The notes below the pieces were generated by a model. It searched no databases. It had not been told where the DNA came from and was given only the letters and a program-made list of their open reading frames with translations. A program made the position numbers and the translations under genes. Source: Christensenellales bacterium (lineage in GTDB: Bacteria; Bacillota; Clostridia; Christensenellales; DTU072). From it: 64,000 nt of DNA. Every line of letters begins with the position of its first letter. Position 1 is the first letter of the stretch. Where the stretch lies: contig JBNRMV010000005.1 in the NCBI GenBank assembly GCA_050309775.1, positions 5,460 through 69,459 of the forward strand, read 5' to 3'. This document shows, piece by piece, positions 27,902 to 37,262 of the stretch.

Positions 27902-30900
27902 ATCCCACAACGCCTATTAGTTTTTCTTTTATTCCTTCCAAATCTCCGGTGGTGTACCCAAGCTGATACACCTTGCCGCCGCTTTGGATTTTTATGGGAT
28001 TCGAGCCGCTTCTGCTTTGCAGAATTTCCTGTACTTTGTCCAACCGCTCTTTGTCGTCTATGTCCAACCGCAAACACAGTGTGCGTGTGTCGTCATATTT
28101 TTCGTTGTCTTCAAGTTCCCATGGAATGACCTGCCGCACATCTATTTTGGGATAGGCACCGTCCTCAAGCATAAGTCTGCCTCTTATTTTTACAAGCGTG
28201 TCATCGACAAGGTATTGCTTATACCTTTCCAGCGTTCTGTTAAAGAACAGCACTTCGATGGAGTCATACATATCTTCCAACACCGCAAAGCCCCAGTTTT
28301 TGCCGCTCTTTGCAGAAAACTTTATGGTTACATCGCTTAATATGCCTCCGATATACACATCTGTGCCGTTTGCTACCGAATATTCCACGACGCTCTCTGT
28401 TTCTTCTTCGTTGTCATTTTCTTCCGTAATGGGCGCCAGCATGCTTAAATTGAAATCGAAGCCCTTGAAATCTTCTTCCCTTCCTGCCAGAGGGTGTCCG
28501 GAAAGGTATCTGCCCGCCACCTCTTTTTCGTAAGCCAATTTTTCTTTTTGCGACTCAGGCAATTCGTTGTATTTGTATTCCTCACGCAGCATAAAATCAA
28601 AGAACATCTGTCCGCTTTCAAGCAAATTCCGCGCCTCTGCCTCTAAGTTGAGTATTTCTTCATAGCTTGCCAACATCGTGCGCCGCGTATGCCCGAAGGA
28701 ATCAAAAGCGCCGCCTTTTATTAAACTTTCAATCATTCTCTTGTTCAGCGCCGCAGAAGCCGCGCGGCGGGCAAAATCTGAAAAATCCAAATATTTTCCG
28801 TTTTCTTCCCTTTCGGCTATGACGGCTTCTATTGCCTGTCTGCCTACATTCTTTATACATGCCAAACCGTACCTGATTTTATCTCCCTGCGGAGTAAACA
28901 GCGCATTGGAATAGTTTATGTCGGGAGGCAACAATTCGATATTCTGCGTCTTAAGCAATTTCAGATATTTTGCCGTGTCCTTGGGGTTGTTCAAACGGTT
29001 GTTTATTACCGCGCAAAAATATTCCACCGGATAAAACCTCTTCAGAAATGCCGTTTGATAAGACAATACCGCATATGCCGCAGCGTGAGATTTGTTGAAG
29101 GCATATGAACCGAAAGTTTCAAGTTCTTTCCAGATTTGTTCGGCAAAGTCCTCGTTTATTCCCCTTTCTTTGCAACCGCCGATAAACTGCGCCTTGTGTT
29201 TGGGAATGTCCTCGGTTTTCTTTTTGCTTATGAACTTTCGGAAGTTGTCCGCTTCGTTCATGGTATAACCTGCAAGCACCTGCGTAATTTTCATGGCTTG
29301 TTCCTGATATACGATTACGCCATAAGTATTCTTCAGGATAGGTTCCAATAACGGGTGGCGATAGTCTATCAGTTCCTGATGCATTTTGTTGTAGACATAC
29401 TTCGGAATAAAGTCCAAAGGTCCGGGACGGTACAGCGCAACGCCGGCAATAATCTCTTCAAGCAAAGTCGGGCGCAACTGTTTCATAAAGCTCTTCATTC
29501 CCGAACTTTCAAACTGGAATACCGTTTCGGTTTCTCCTGCGGCAATCATTTCATATACTTGCGGATTTTCATAGCCAAGTTTGCTGAAATCAATGTCTTC
29601 CCCATGGTGTTTTTTTATATAATCGGTACTCATTTTTATGTCGGTAAGCGTTTTCAGCGCCAAAAAGTCCATCTTCAGCAAGCCAAGCTCCTCGCACTCC
29701 GTCATGTCAAATTGTGTGGTGATGTCCTCTCCGTTCCTTGACAGCGGCACTTTGTCGGTCAAAGGTATGCTGCAAATAATAACGCCTGCGGCATGCTTGC
29801 CCTTGTTTCTGGGCATATCCTCAATCTCAATGGCAAGGTCAAGCACATCTTTATAAACACCGCCGCTTTGATAAAGCTCGATAAGTTCACTCACCTTGTA
29901 CTCGCTTGCAGGGTCAATAAGGTGCGAAATCTTGACTTTCTTGTCAGTGGTCTTTATGTTTTTAACCAGTAAGTTGACCTCTGCAAACGGCAACTTAAAA
30001 ACTCTTGCCACATCTTTTATTGCCTGCTTTGTCTTCATTGTGCCGAAAGTGATAATCTGCGCTACTTTGTCGCTGCCGTATTTTTCACGCACATAATTGA
30101 TGACTTCATCTCTGCGGTCACCGCAAAAATCTATGTCAAAGTCCGGCATTGTGTTTCTGCTGGAGTTCAAAAACCTTTCAAAAATCAGCTCATACTTCAA
30201 AGGGTCTACATCGGTTATGCCCACGGCATATGCCACAATGCTGCCAACGCCGCTGCCCCTGCCTGCGCCTACGGGTATGCCCTGTGACTTGGCATAGTTT
30301 ACAAAATCCCAAACTATGAGGTAGTATGAGGCAAAACCCATGCTTATAATGACGCCCAATTCGGTTTCCGCCCTTTCCCTTATTTCATCGGTAATTTCGC
30401 CATAGCGCCTTTCCAACCCCTCAAAACAAAGTTTGCGCAAGTATTCGTGGTCCTGACTGCCGTCGGGAGGCACATATGTGGGAATGGTATATTCATGAAA
30501 GGGTATTGTAAGATTGCATTTGTCCGCAATCTCAAGCGTAGTTTCCAGCGCTTCCTCGCAAAAGCCCAGCGCCTCTTTCATTTGGTCATAATTTTTCAAA
30601 TAAAATTCGTTGCAAGGAAAACGAAATCTGTCAGGGTCGTCCAAATCGCTTGCCGTCTGTATGCAAAGCAACACATCGTGCATGCGAAAGTCGCTTTCTT
30701 TTATGTAATGCACATCGTTTGTGGCAACACATTTTACGCCTATTTCTCTGGCAAGTTTTATCAGCTGCGGATTTACCCGCTTTTCTTCTTCTAAGTTGTG
30801 ATTTTGGATTTCAATATAAAAATCACCTTCGGCAAACATGTTTTTAAGCCGCAAGGCATAATCCTTAGCTTTGTTGTAGCCCTCTTCTCCTGGATTGTTC

Positions 30901-31364
30901 AAAATTGCTCTGGGTATGGCGCCTGATATACAAGCGGACATACATATCAGCCCCTCCGCATGCTTTTCAAGATAATCCAAATCTATTCTGGGTTTGCTGT
31001 AAAAACCGTCGACAAAGCCTTTTGAAGTCAGTTTTATGAGATTGTGAAAGCCTGTCAAATCTTTTGCCAACAGTACAAGGTGATAATTGGGGTTTATTTC
31101 GTCTACATCGCTGTCATTGTTGCGCCGAGATGTCCTGTCTTTCAAATCATTGGTCACATAAAATTCACAACCAATTATCGGTTTGACCCCGTCTTCTTTG
31201 CACTGTTTGTAAAATTTTATGACGCCGTACATATTGCCATGGTCGGTAATAGCCACCGCGCGTCCGCCCTGTTTTTTTACTTCTTTTGATAATTGTGATA
31301 TTTTTGCGGCACCGTCAAGCAGGCTGTATTCCGTATGCACATGCAAATGCACAAATTCCTTCAT
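27876..31364 (-). CDS. dnaE: DNA polymerase III subunit alpha (DnaE)
   Basis: HLHVHTEYSLLDG, GRGSGVGS, MPDFDIDF, HAAGV, KMDFLAL, YAFNKSHAAAY. Confidence 0.97.
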   Translation of the reverse strand: MKEFVHLHVHTEYSLLDGAAKISQLSKEVKKQGGRAVAITDHGNMYGVIKFYKQCKEDGVKPIIGCEFYVTNDLKDRTSRRNNDSDVDEINPNYHLVLLAKDLTGFHNLIKLTSKGFVDGFYSKPRIDLDYLEKHAEGLICMSACISGAIPRAILNNPGEEGYNKAKDYALRLKNMFAEGDFYIEIQNHNLEEEKRVNPQLIKLAREIGVKCVATNDVHYIKESDFRMHDVLLCIQTASDLDDPDRFRFPCNEFYLKNYDQMKEALGFCEEALETTLEIADKCNLTIPFHEYTIPTYVPPDGSQDHEYLRKLCFEGLERRYGEITDEIRERAETELGVIISMGFASYYLIVWDFVNYAKSQGIPVGAGRGSGVGSIVAYAVGITDVDPLKYELIFERFLNSSRNTMPDFDIDFCGDRRDEVINYVREKYGSDKVAQIITFGTMKTKQAIKDVARVFKLPFAEVNLLVKNIKTTDKKVKISHLIDPASEYKVSELIELYQSGGVYKDVLDLAIEIEDMPRNKGKHAAGVIICSIPLTDKVPLSRNGEDITTQFDMTECEELGLLKMDFLALKTLTDIKMSTDYIKKHHGEDIDFSKLGYENPQVYEMIAAGETETVFQFESSGMKSFMKQLRPTLLEEIIAGVALYRPGPLDFIPKYVYNKMHQELIDYRHPLLEPILKNTYGVIVYQEQAMKITQVLAGYTMNEADNFRKFISKKKTEDIPKHKAQFIGGCKERGINEDFAEQIWKELETFGSYAFNKSHAAAYAVLSYQTAFLKRFYPVEYFCAVINNRLNNPKDTAKYLKLLKTQNIELLPPDINYSNALFTPQGDKIRYGLACIKNVGRQAIEAVIAEREENGKYLDFSDFARRAASAALNKRMIESLIKGGAFDSFGHTRRTMLASYEEILNLEAEARNLLESGQMFFDFMLREEYKYNELPESQKEKLAYEKEVAGRYLSGHPLAGREEDFKGFDFNLSMLAPITEENDNEEETESVVEYSVANGTDVYIGGILSDVTIKFSAKSGKNWGFAVLEDMYDSIEVLFFNRTLERYKQYLVDDTLVKIRGRLMLEDGAYPKIDVRQVIPWELEDNEKYDDTRTLCLRLDIDDKERLDKVQEILQSRSGSNPIKIQSGGKVYQLGYTTGDLEGIKEKLIGVVGFRNLKILD

Positions 31365-31407
31365 CCATTCCTCCGTAAGTTTTCCCTTTGTCAGTTAAAA
31401 AGAGTAT

Positions 31408-31650
31408 TTATAGCAGCGACATTACTTTTTCGCATGCCTCTTGTTCGTCGCCGCCTTCCGCCGCTACATAAATGCTCTCGCCGAACTTCATATTCAGACT
31501 AAGCAAGCCCATAAGGCTCTTTGCGTTGACTTTTTTGTTGCCTTTTATTATGTAAATATCGCTTTTGTGCTTAGATGAGATTTGGGCGATAACGGCGCAA
31601 TCCTCGGCTTTTATGCCGTTCTTTTTGGTGACAACCTTTTCTTTTAACAT
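31408..31650 (-). CDS. HPr-family protein lacking His15 (Crh-like)
   Basis: HPr size and fold; VNAKSLMGLLSL (Ser46 motif) and GGDEQEA are intact, but GIKAED replaces GLHARP. Confidence 0.85.
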   Translation of the reverse strand: MLKEKVVTKKNGIKAEDCAVIAQISSKHKSDIYIIKGNKKVNAKSLMGLLSLNMKFGESIYVAAEGGDEQEACEKVMSLL

Positions 31651-31667
31651 AATCTCTCCTTAAACAA

Positions 31668-32618
31668 TTAAAGATTTTTTGCTATTTCTATGAGTTTTCT
31701 CATTCGGTGGTTAATGCGGCTTTTTGTGCCTTCTTGCATAAGCGCCGCAAGTTCGGCAAGCGAGGCGTCGGGGTGGTCCTTGCGGTATACCGCCGTTTCG
31801 GCAAGCTTTTCGTCAATGTTTTGCAAGCCTATGTGCTTTTCTATTTTTTTTATGGCGTTCAACTGTTGTTGCGCCGCCGACACACTTTTGTCAATATTTG
31901 CTAAAATAAAGTTGTTGCCTCGGTTGAGGTGGTTACGCATCGCCCTTGTCGCCATGACTTCCTGCAACTGTATTACGCCCTTGCTTGCGCCCATTGCCGC
32001 CAAACAATCGCTGATATTTTGGCTAGACTTTATATATACCGACGGCTGCTTTTTTCTCCGTCGCGCTACGCCCTCCTGAAAATCGCACACTTCTGTCAGC
32101 AGCTCCATAAAGTCGTCTACCACCAGTTCCGAATTGAGCGCAAATTCCAGATGATATCCCGTACCGCCGCCCGTCAATTTGTCCTTTGGCGTTGACAGCG
32201 AACCGCAACTGAGAAATACGCCTTTCAGATAGGCTTTTTTTTCCGATGAGCGGGAAATAATCGTTTTAGGTATGCCTCTTATGAAGTCATAGCCTTTTAT
32301 GATGCCGCATTCGTTAAGCAGCTTGTCCGCATTCGCAAGGCTGAGCCTGTACTCTGCAAGTTCCCGCATGCCGATATTTTTTGCTATCTGCTCTACAAGC
32401 GTTTGCGCGCCGTACCGCCTTTTAATTATGTTTTGACAAAGCAGAGTAAGACCTCTGTTTTCGTTTGTTATCGTCAGCCCAAAACCGCTTGTTGTCAGCA
32501 AAACCGCGCCGCAGCCTCTTATTACGGCTGACAAAAAGGCCGGCTCGCAAACAGGCTTGATGCCCGCTTCGATTATTTCATTCCTCGCCGCCGTCTGGAC
32601 GCTGGGCTCTTTTTCCAA
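31668..32618 (-). CDS. whiA: DNA-binding protein WhiA
   Basis: YLKGVFLSCGSLSTP...YHLEF, NFILANIDKSV, ASLAELA...TKSRINHRMRKL; TTG start with SD GAGGT. Confidence 0.92.
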   Translation of the reverse strand: MEKEPSVQTAARNEIIEAGIKPVCEPAFLSAVIRGCGAVLLTTSGFGLTITNENRGLTLLCQNIIKRRYGAQTLVEQIAKNIGMRELAEYRLSLANADKLLNECGIIKGYDFIRGIPKTIISRSSEKKAYLKGVFLSCGSLSTPKDKLTGGGTGYHLEFALNSELVVDDFMELLTEVCDFQEGVARRRKKQPSVYIKSSQNISDCLAAMGASKGVIQLQEVMATRAMRNHLNRGNNFILANIDKSVSAAQQQLNAIKKIEKHIGLQNIDEKLAETAVYRKDHPDASLAELAALMQEGTKSRINHRMRKLIEIAKNL

Positions 32619-33480
32619 TTACTCTTACCTCTCTTTCAAGTCTTATGCCGTATTTTTCAAAGACCTTTTTTTCAGCTAATTGCGCAAGCTCCAAAAACTC
32701 GTCCGCCGTACCGCCGCCTTTGTTTACTATGAAGTTTGCGTGTACACGGCTTATTTCCATGCCGCCGATGCAACACCCTTTCAGACCTGCGCCTTCAATA
32801 AACAAACCTGCCCCGATGTTGTCCACCCTTTTGAACACGCTGCCCAGCGAAGGCAATCTTGGTTGGGTTTGTTTGCGCATATTCAGCGCCGATTGCGACA
32901 TGTTTTTTATGTCATAACGGCTGGTTTGCTCAAGTTCAAAGCAAGCGCCTATTACTACATAATTTCCTTTCTTGACTTCGGAGTTGCGATATCCGAACTT
33001 TGCTTGCTGCTTTGTCCACTCCAACGGAATCTGCTTGTCCATATCAAAGACAAAGACCTTCTTTGTTACGGCGGATATATCCGTTCCGAAACAACCGCTG
33101 TTCATACATATTGCGCCGCCCACAGAACCCGGAATGCCCGTCAGTTTTTCAAGACCGCCAAGCTGCTTTTCTGCCGCAAGCGCTACTATCTTTGCAAGGC
33201 TTTCGCCCGAGCCGCAACATATGGTATTGTTGTCGATATCTATGCCTTTCAGCTCCTTTGTGGATATGACAACGCCGTCATAACCGCCCTCCAGCACCAA
33301 AATATTGCTCATTCTGCCGGCTATTATGTATTCTTGTCTTTCATTGTACAGCCTACTGCTCAATTCGCGCAGCGCCGACATTGACGAAGGGCAAACAACT
33401 TTGCCGAGTTTTCCTCCTGCTTTCAGAGGAGACAGCCTTTTTGCCTGCCATTCAAGGCAATCAACCTTGGGAATATTCAT
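32578..33480 (-). CDS. murB: UDP-N-acetylenolpyruvoylglucosamine reductase
   Basis: GIPGSVGGAICMNSG, FGYRNS, QPRLPSLGSVFK, HANFIVN, LEREVRVIG; the N-terminus is somewhat divergent. Confidence 0.9.
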   Translation of the reverse strand: MNIPKVDCLEWQAKRLSPLKAGGKLGKVVCPSSMSALRELSSRLYNERQEYIIAGRMSNILVLEGGYDGVVISTKELKGIDIDNNTICCGSGESLAKIVALAAEKQLGGLEKLTGIPGSVGGAICMNSGCFGTDISAVTKKVFVFDMDKQIPLEWTKQQAKFGYRNSEVKKGNYVVIGACFELEQTSRYDIKNMSQSALNMRKQTQPRLPSLGSVFKRVDNIGAGLFIEGAGLKGCCIGGMEISRVHANFIVNKGGGTADEFLELAQLAEKKVFEKYGIRLEREVRVIGKRAQRPDGGEE

Positions 33481-33507
33481 TATACCCTCATATCAAAAAG
33501 TAGTCAA
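33479..33507 (-). promoter_or_regulatory. Near-consensus SigA promoter whose -10 box overlaps the murB ATG
   Basis: TTGACT-17 nt-TATAAT; the final AT of the -10 box is the AT of the start codon. Confidence 0.55.
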
Positions 33508-33510
33508 CGC

Positions 33511-33532
33511 CGATTTGTACAGCGATTTGTAC
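33511..33532. repeat. Direct repeat CGATTTGTAC x2 (12-bp period) just upstream of the murB -35 box
   Basis: Exact 10-mer at 33511-33520 and 33523-33532. Confidence 0.8.
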
Positions 33533-33556
33533 TATGATATTATTTTGGGTATGCTT

Positions 33557-34468
33557 TTATTCCTTGTCGCACTCCATTCTTTTGTGAATGATATGTGCGG
33601 CTTTATGCCCTGATTTTTTGAGTCTGAAGTCTCTTGTCGCCACTTCTACCACAACGGCAAGGTTTCTGCCTGCATTTACGGGAATAAGCAGTTTGGGTAT
33701 CTTTACTCCCAGAATATGGGTATATTTCTGCTTTTCTCCCACACGCTCATAACTCTTTTCTTCATCCCATTGTTCCAGTTCAATGACAAGTTCAACAATC
33801 TTTTTGTCAATAATAGAGCCCTCTCCATAGATGGCTTTTATGTCAATAATTCCCACGCCTCGGATTTCCATAAAGTGCTTTATTATCTTCGGAGAAGTGC
33901 CGACTATGACATCGTTTATTCGCTTAAGCACCACCGAATCGTCGGCAACCAGCCTATGCCCTCTGTATACCAACTCCAGCGCCGTTTCGCTCTTGCCTAT
34001 GCTGCTCTTGCCCGTCAACAACACTCCCGTACCATAGACATCGATAAGCACGCCATGCGCCGTCTCCGTAAGCCCAAGCAAATTGTTAAGGCAATTTGAG
34101 ATATCTTCGGTAACAAGGGAAGCCTTTTTGTTGGTGACAAATATAGATTTTTTGTACTTTTGGGCGGCTTCAAGAATTTCTGCGGTGGGTTTTATTCCCC
34201 TAGTTATAACCACACATGGTATATCGCATTGAAAAAAACTATCCAAATAGGTTGTGTTTTGTTCAAGAAAGCCTATTTCCGGCCGCCCCATGACTTGCAC
34301 CCGCCTTTCGGCAAAATCTCTTTGGTAGCCGGCAAGCATAAGCCCGGGTCTGTTTACCGTCAGGGAACTAAGGCGCACACCGCTTTTTGCGTTATAAAAA
34401 ATTTTTAATCCGCAGCATGCGGCAAACTCTTCTTCTGTTAAAATTACGCACTTTTCGTTCTTGTCCAT
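33557..34468 (-). CDS. hprK: HPr(Ser) kinase/phosphorylase
   Basis: HGVLIDVYGTGVLLTGKSSIGKSETALEL...LVADD, EIRGVGII, GRNLAVVVEVA. Confidence 0.96.
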   Translation of the reverse strand: MDKNEKCVILTEEEFAACCGLKIFYNAKSGVRLSSLTVNRPGLMLAGYQRDFAERRVQVMGRPEIGFLEQNTTYLDSFFQCDIPCVVITRGIKPTAEILEAAQKYKKSIFVTNKKASLVTEDISNCLNNLLGLTETAHGVLIDVYGTGVLLTGKSSIGKSETALELVYRGHRLVADDSVVLKRINDVIVGTSPKIIKHFMEIRGVGIIDIKAIYGEGSIIDKKIVELVIELEQWDEEKSYERVGEKQKYTHILGVKIPKLLIPVNAGRNLAVVVEVATRDFRLKKSGHKAAHIIHKRMECDKE

Positions 34469-34470
34469 CT

Positions 34471-35283
34471 TTACTCCAAAAATCCGTATTTGTTAATGAT
34501 ATGCGCCACTCCGTCCTCGTCATTTGAGGGGGCAATGATGTCTGCTGCGGCTTTTGCTTCGGCGCTTCCGTTTGCCACCGCAACCCCCAGTCCGGCATAT
34601 TTTATCATCGCCAAATCATTCAGCGAATCTCCTATGCATATGATTTCTTCTCTCTTTATTCCGTATTTTTTTGCCAGCCTTTCCACGGCTACACCCTTGT
34701 TTGCAGAAAGCGGAATCATTTCTACCATAAATTTTTTTGAGGTGTTGAATAAAAACTTTTCGCCGAACCGCCTTGTAAAAAGTTCTATCAGCGGTTTGAC
34801 CTTGTCTTCGTCTGTCAGCACCATCATTTTTATCGGGCAAAGCTGTTTTTCTCTTATGAATTCCGACAGCTTGCAGCCAACTACCTTGTATTCTACATTG
34901 GTAAATTTGGCATAGTTGCGGCTTTTGGCAGTATCCTTTTCGACATAAAAATAATCTTCATCATAAAAATGATAGTACAAGCCCTGCTTTTCAATAAATT
35001 CTCCAAGCTCTGCGGCGTCCCGATAATCTGCCTGCGCCAGTTCAAGGATTTCGCCCGTGGCTATGTCTGCGGTGACTGCGCCTTGATAGGTTATTACCTC
35101 TCCTTTCAGTCCCAAATCCCAACAGTAAGGCAGCACAGAAGCGGTCATTCTTCCCGTTGCTATGACAAACTTGCCGCCTTTTTGGGTGTACCTATTCACC
35201 GTTCTTTTGAAATGGTCGGAATAGTTCCCCATGCTATTCAGCATTGTATCATCACAGTCTGCGACTATCATTTTGTACTTCAT
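34471..35283 (-). CDS. Cof-type HAD-IIB hydrolase
   Basis: DCDDTM motif I, ATGR, NKGVA, GDSLNDLAM. Confidence 0.9.
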   Translation of the reverse strand: MKYKMIVADCDDTMLNSMGNYSDHFKRTVNRYTQKGGKFVIATGRMTASVLPYCWDLGLKGEVITYQGAVTADIATGEILELAQADYRDAAELGEFIEKQGLYYHFYDEDYFYVEKDTAKSRNYAKFTNVEYKVVGCKLSEFIREKQLCPIKMMVLTDEDKVKPLIELFTRRFGEKFLFNTSKKFMVEMIPLSANKGVAVERLAKKYGIKREEIICIGDSLNDLAMIKYAGLGVAVANGSAEAKAAADIIAPSNDEDGVAHIINKYGFLE

Positions 35284-35296
35284 GTCTTACCTTTTA

Positions 35297-37135
35297 TTAT
35301 AGCTCAACCAAATTTGTATTTCTATATGTTTTCATAAATTCAACTATTTTTTGCGCAACCGAACTGCTTATACCTTTTATGGAAATAAGATCTTCTTCTG
35401 TGGCGGCTTTCAGCTTGTCAAAATCACGAAAATGCAGCATGAGCTTTCGTGCCGTCACCTCTCCTACGCCCTCAATCTGTTTCAGCACGCTTTCCGTTTG
35501 TCTTTTTTGCCGCAGGCGCCTGTGGTGTTCGATAGCAAACCTGTGCGCCTCATCTCTTATGCGTACCAACAACTTCAAAGCCAGGCTGTCTTTGGGCAAA
35601 ATAACGCTTTGGGATTGTCCCGGGGAAAAGACTTCCTCCTCTCGCTTAGCAAGGCTGATTATCTCGATATCCGAAAGCCCCGAAGCCTCATATGCCTGCA
35701 TGGCAGAGGACAGTTGCCCCTTGCCTCCGTCAATTATAATCAGGTCGGGTTTTTCTGAAAAACTGACATCTGTATCGCCTTTTTTAAGCCGTTCAAACCT
35801 TCTCGACAGCGTTTCACGCATGCTTGCGAAGTCGTCCGCCCCCTTTACCGTTTTTATTTTGAAATGGCGATAATGCTTTTTTGCCGCCGAACCGTCAAGA
35901 AAAACCACCATGCTGGCTACTTTGTCGGTGCCGCTTATGTTGGAGATGTCATAGCACTCCATGCGTCTGGGCGGGCGTTTCAGCGAAAGCAACTCAAAAA
36001 GTTGTTTTACGCTGCCCGTTGTCAAATCCTCTTTGCGTATGAGCAAACAGGCTTGTTTTTCCAAATAATCCTTGGCGTTGCCCAACGAAACCTCGACAAG
36101 CTGACGGCGTATACCGCCTAACGGACATATTATATTCAGCCGCCGTTCGGCTTTTGAGGATAAATAATCGTTCAATTCAGTTTCAAATTCAAAGTTTTCC
36201 GAAATGACTATTTCTGAACATAGCAAAGGATTTTTTTCGTAATACTGCAAAATAAAAGAAGAAAGCGCGCTTTCGGCATTGGTGTCGTTGACGACAAAAC
36301 TTTGGCTGCCCAACAACTTGCCGCCCCTTACAGCGCTGATATTGACAGCGCCCAGCATACCGTTTGTGGCAAAGCTGAAAATATCCAGGTCAAACTCCAA
36401 TTTGAAAGGCATGGTCTGCTTGCGCGACAATTTGCTCAGCATCTCCAACATATCACGATAGTGCTTTGCCGTCTCAAATTCCTGCTCGGCAGCCGCCGCA
36501 TACATTTTGTCTTTTAAGGATTGTTCCAACTCGTGATTGTTGCCGCTCAAAAAATCTATGACCTTTTTTATTACTTTTTTGTACTCTTCCTCGCTGACCC
36601 TTTTTGTGCAAGGAGCCAGACATCTGCCTATGTGATAATTCAGACATTCCCTTTTTGCGCTGTTGAACTTTGCGCTGTTGCAGGAGCGTATGGGAAAGGC
36701 CGATTGCAGCAGTTTTGTTATTTCAAGCGCCGACAGCCCCAGCATATACGGTCCGAAATACCTCGAACCGTCGGCTTTCAGCCTGCGTGTAACCTCAACC
36801 GTGGGATAGGCGCTGCGCATATTTATTTTAATGTACGGATAAGTTTTGTCGTCCTTTAGCAATATGTTGTAAGGCGGACGGTGTTGTTTTATTAAATTGT
36901 TTTCAAGTACCAACGCATCAATTTCTGACGGCGTGATAATATAATGAATATCCTTGATTTTTGACACCAACACAAGGGTTTTTTCTGTTTGAACATTGTT
37001 GCGGAAGTACTGTCTGACACGGCTTCTGAGGTTCTTTGCCTTGCCGACATAAAGAATGTTGCCGAACTCGTCAAGCATTTGATAGACGCCGCTTTTTTGC
37101 GGAAGAATCTCTAGTATGCCGTTTATTTTGTCCAT
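35297..37135 (-). CDS. uvrC: Excinuclease ABC subunit C
   Basis: GVYQM...YVGKAKNLRSRVRQYF GIY-YIG domain, ECYDISN, IDGGKGQL, RDEAHRFA, HhH. Start reassigned to MDKING (37135). Confidence 0.95.
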   Translation of the reverse strand: MDKINGILEILPQKSGVYQMLDEFGNILYVGKAKNLRSRVRQYFRNNVQTEKTLVLVSKIKDIHYIITPSEIDALVLENNLIKQHRPPYNILLKDDKTYPYIKINMRSAYPTVEVTRRLKADGSRYFGPYMLGLSALEITKLLQSAFPIRSCNSAKFNSAKRECLNYHIGRCLAPCTKRVSEEEYKKVIKKVIDFLSGNNHELEQSLKDKMYAAAAEQEFETAKHYRDMLEMLSKLSRKQTMPFKLEFDLDIFSFATNGMLGAVNISAVRGGKLLGSQSFVVNDTNAESALSSFILQYYEKNPLLCSEIVISENFEFETELNDYLSSKAERRLNIICPLGGIRRQLVEVSLGNAKDYLEKQACLLIRKEDLTTGSVKQLFELLSLKRPPRRMECYDISNISGTDKVASMVVFLDGSAAKKHYRHFKIKTVKGADDFASMRETLSRRFERLKKGDTDVSFSEKPDLIIIDGGKGQLSSAMQAYEASGLSDIEIISLAKREEEVFSPGQSQSVILPKDSLALKLLVRIRDEAHRFAIEHHRRLRQKRQTESVLKQIEGVGEVTARKLMLHFRDFDKLKAATEEDLISIKGISSSVAQKIVEFMKTYRNTNLVEL

Positions 37136-37142
37136 ATAAATA

Positions 37143-37171
37143 ATATTACCACAAACGCAGCGTATTTTCAA
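37143..37171 (-). promoter_or_regulatory. SigA-type promoter for uvrC (leaderless geometry)
   Basis: TTGAAA-17 nt-TAATAT with extended TG, ending 7 nt before the ATG; no SD. Confidence 0.6.
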
Positions 37172-37262
37172 TTTTTGCAAGCAAGAGTTTGTAATTTTTT
37201 AATTTGTAAATTCAAATATAATATGATAAAATTATAACATTAAATTTTTATAGGCGGTAAAA

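Noticed and set aside
27876-31364. Intein or split in dnaE
   Set aside because: The length (1162 aa) and motif spacing are normal, with no C/S...HN intein ends or LAGLIDADG motif.
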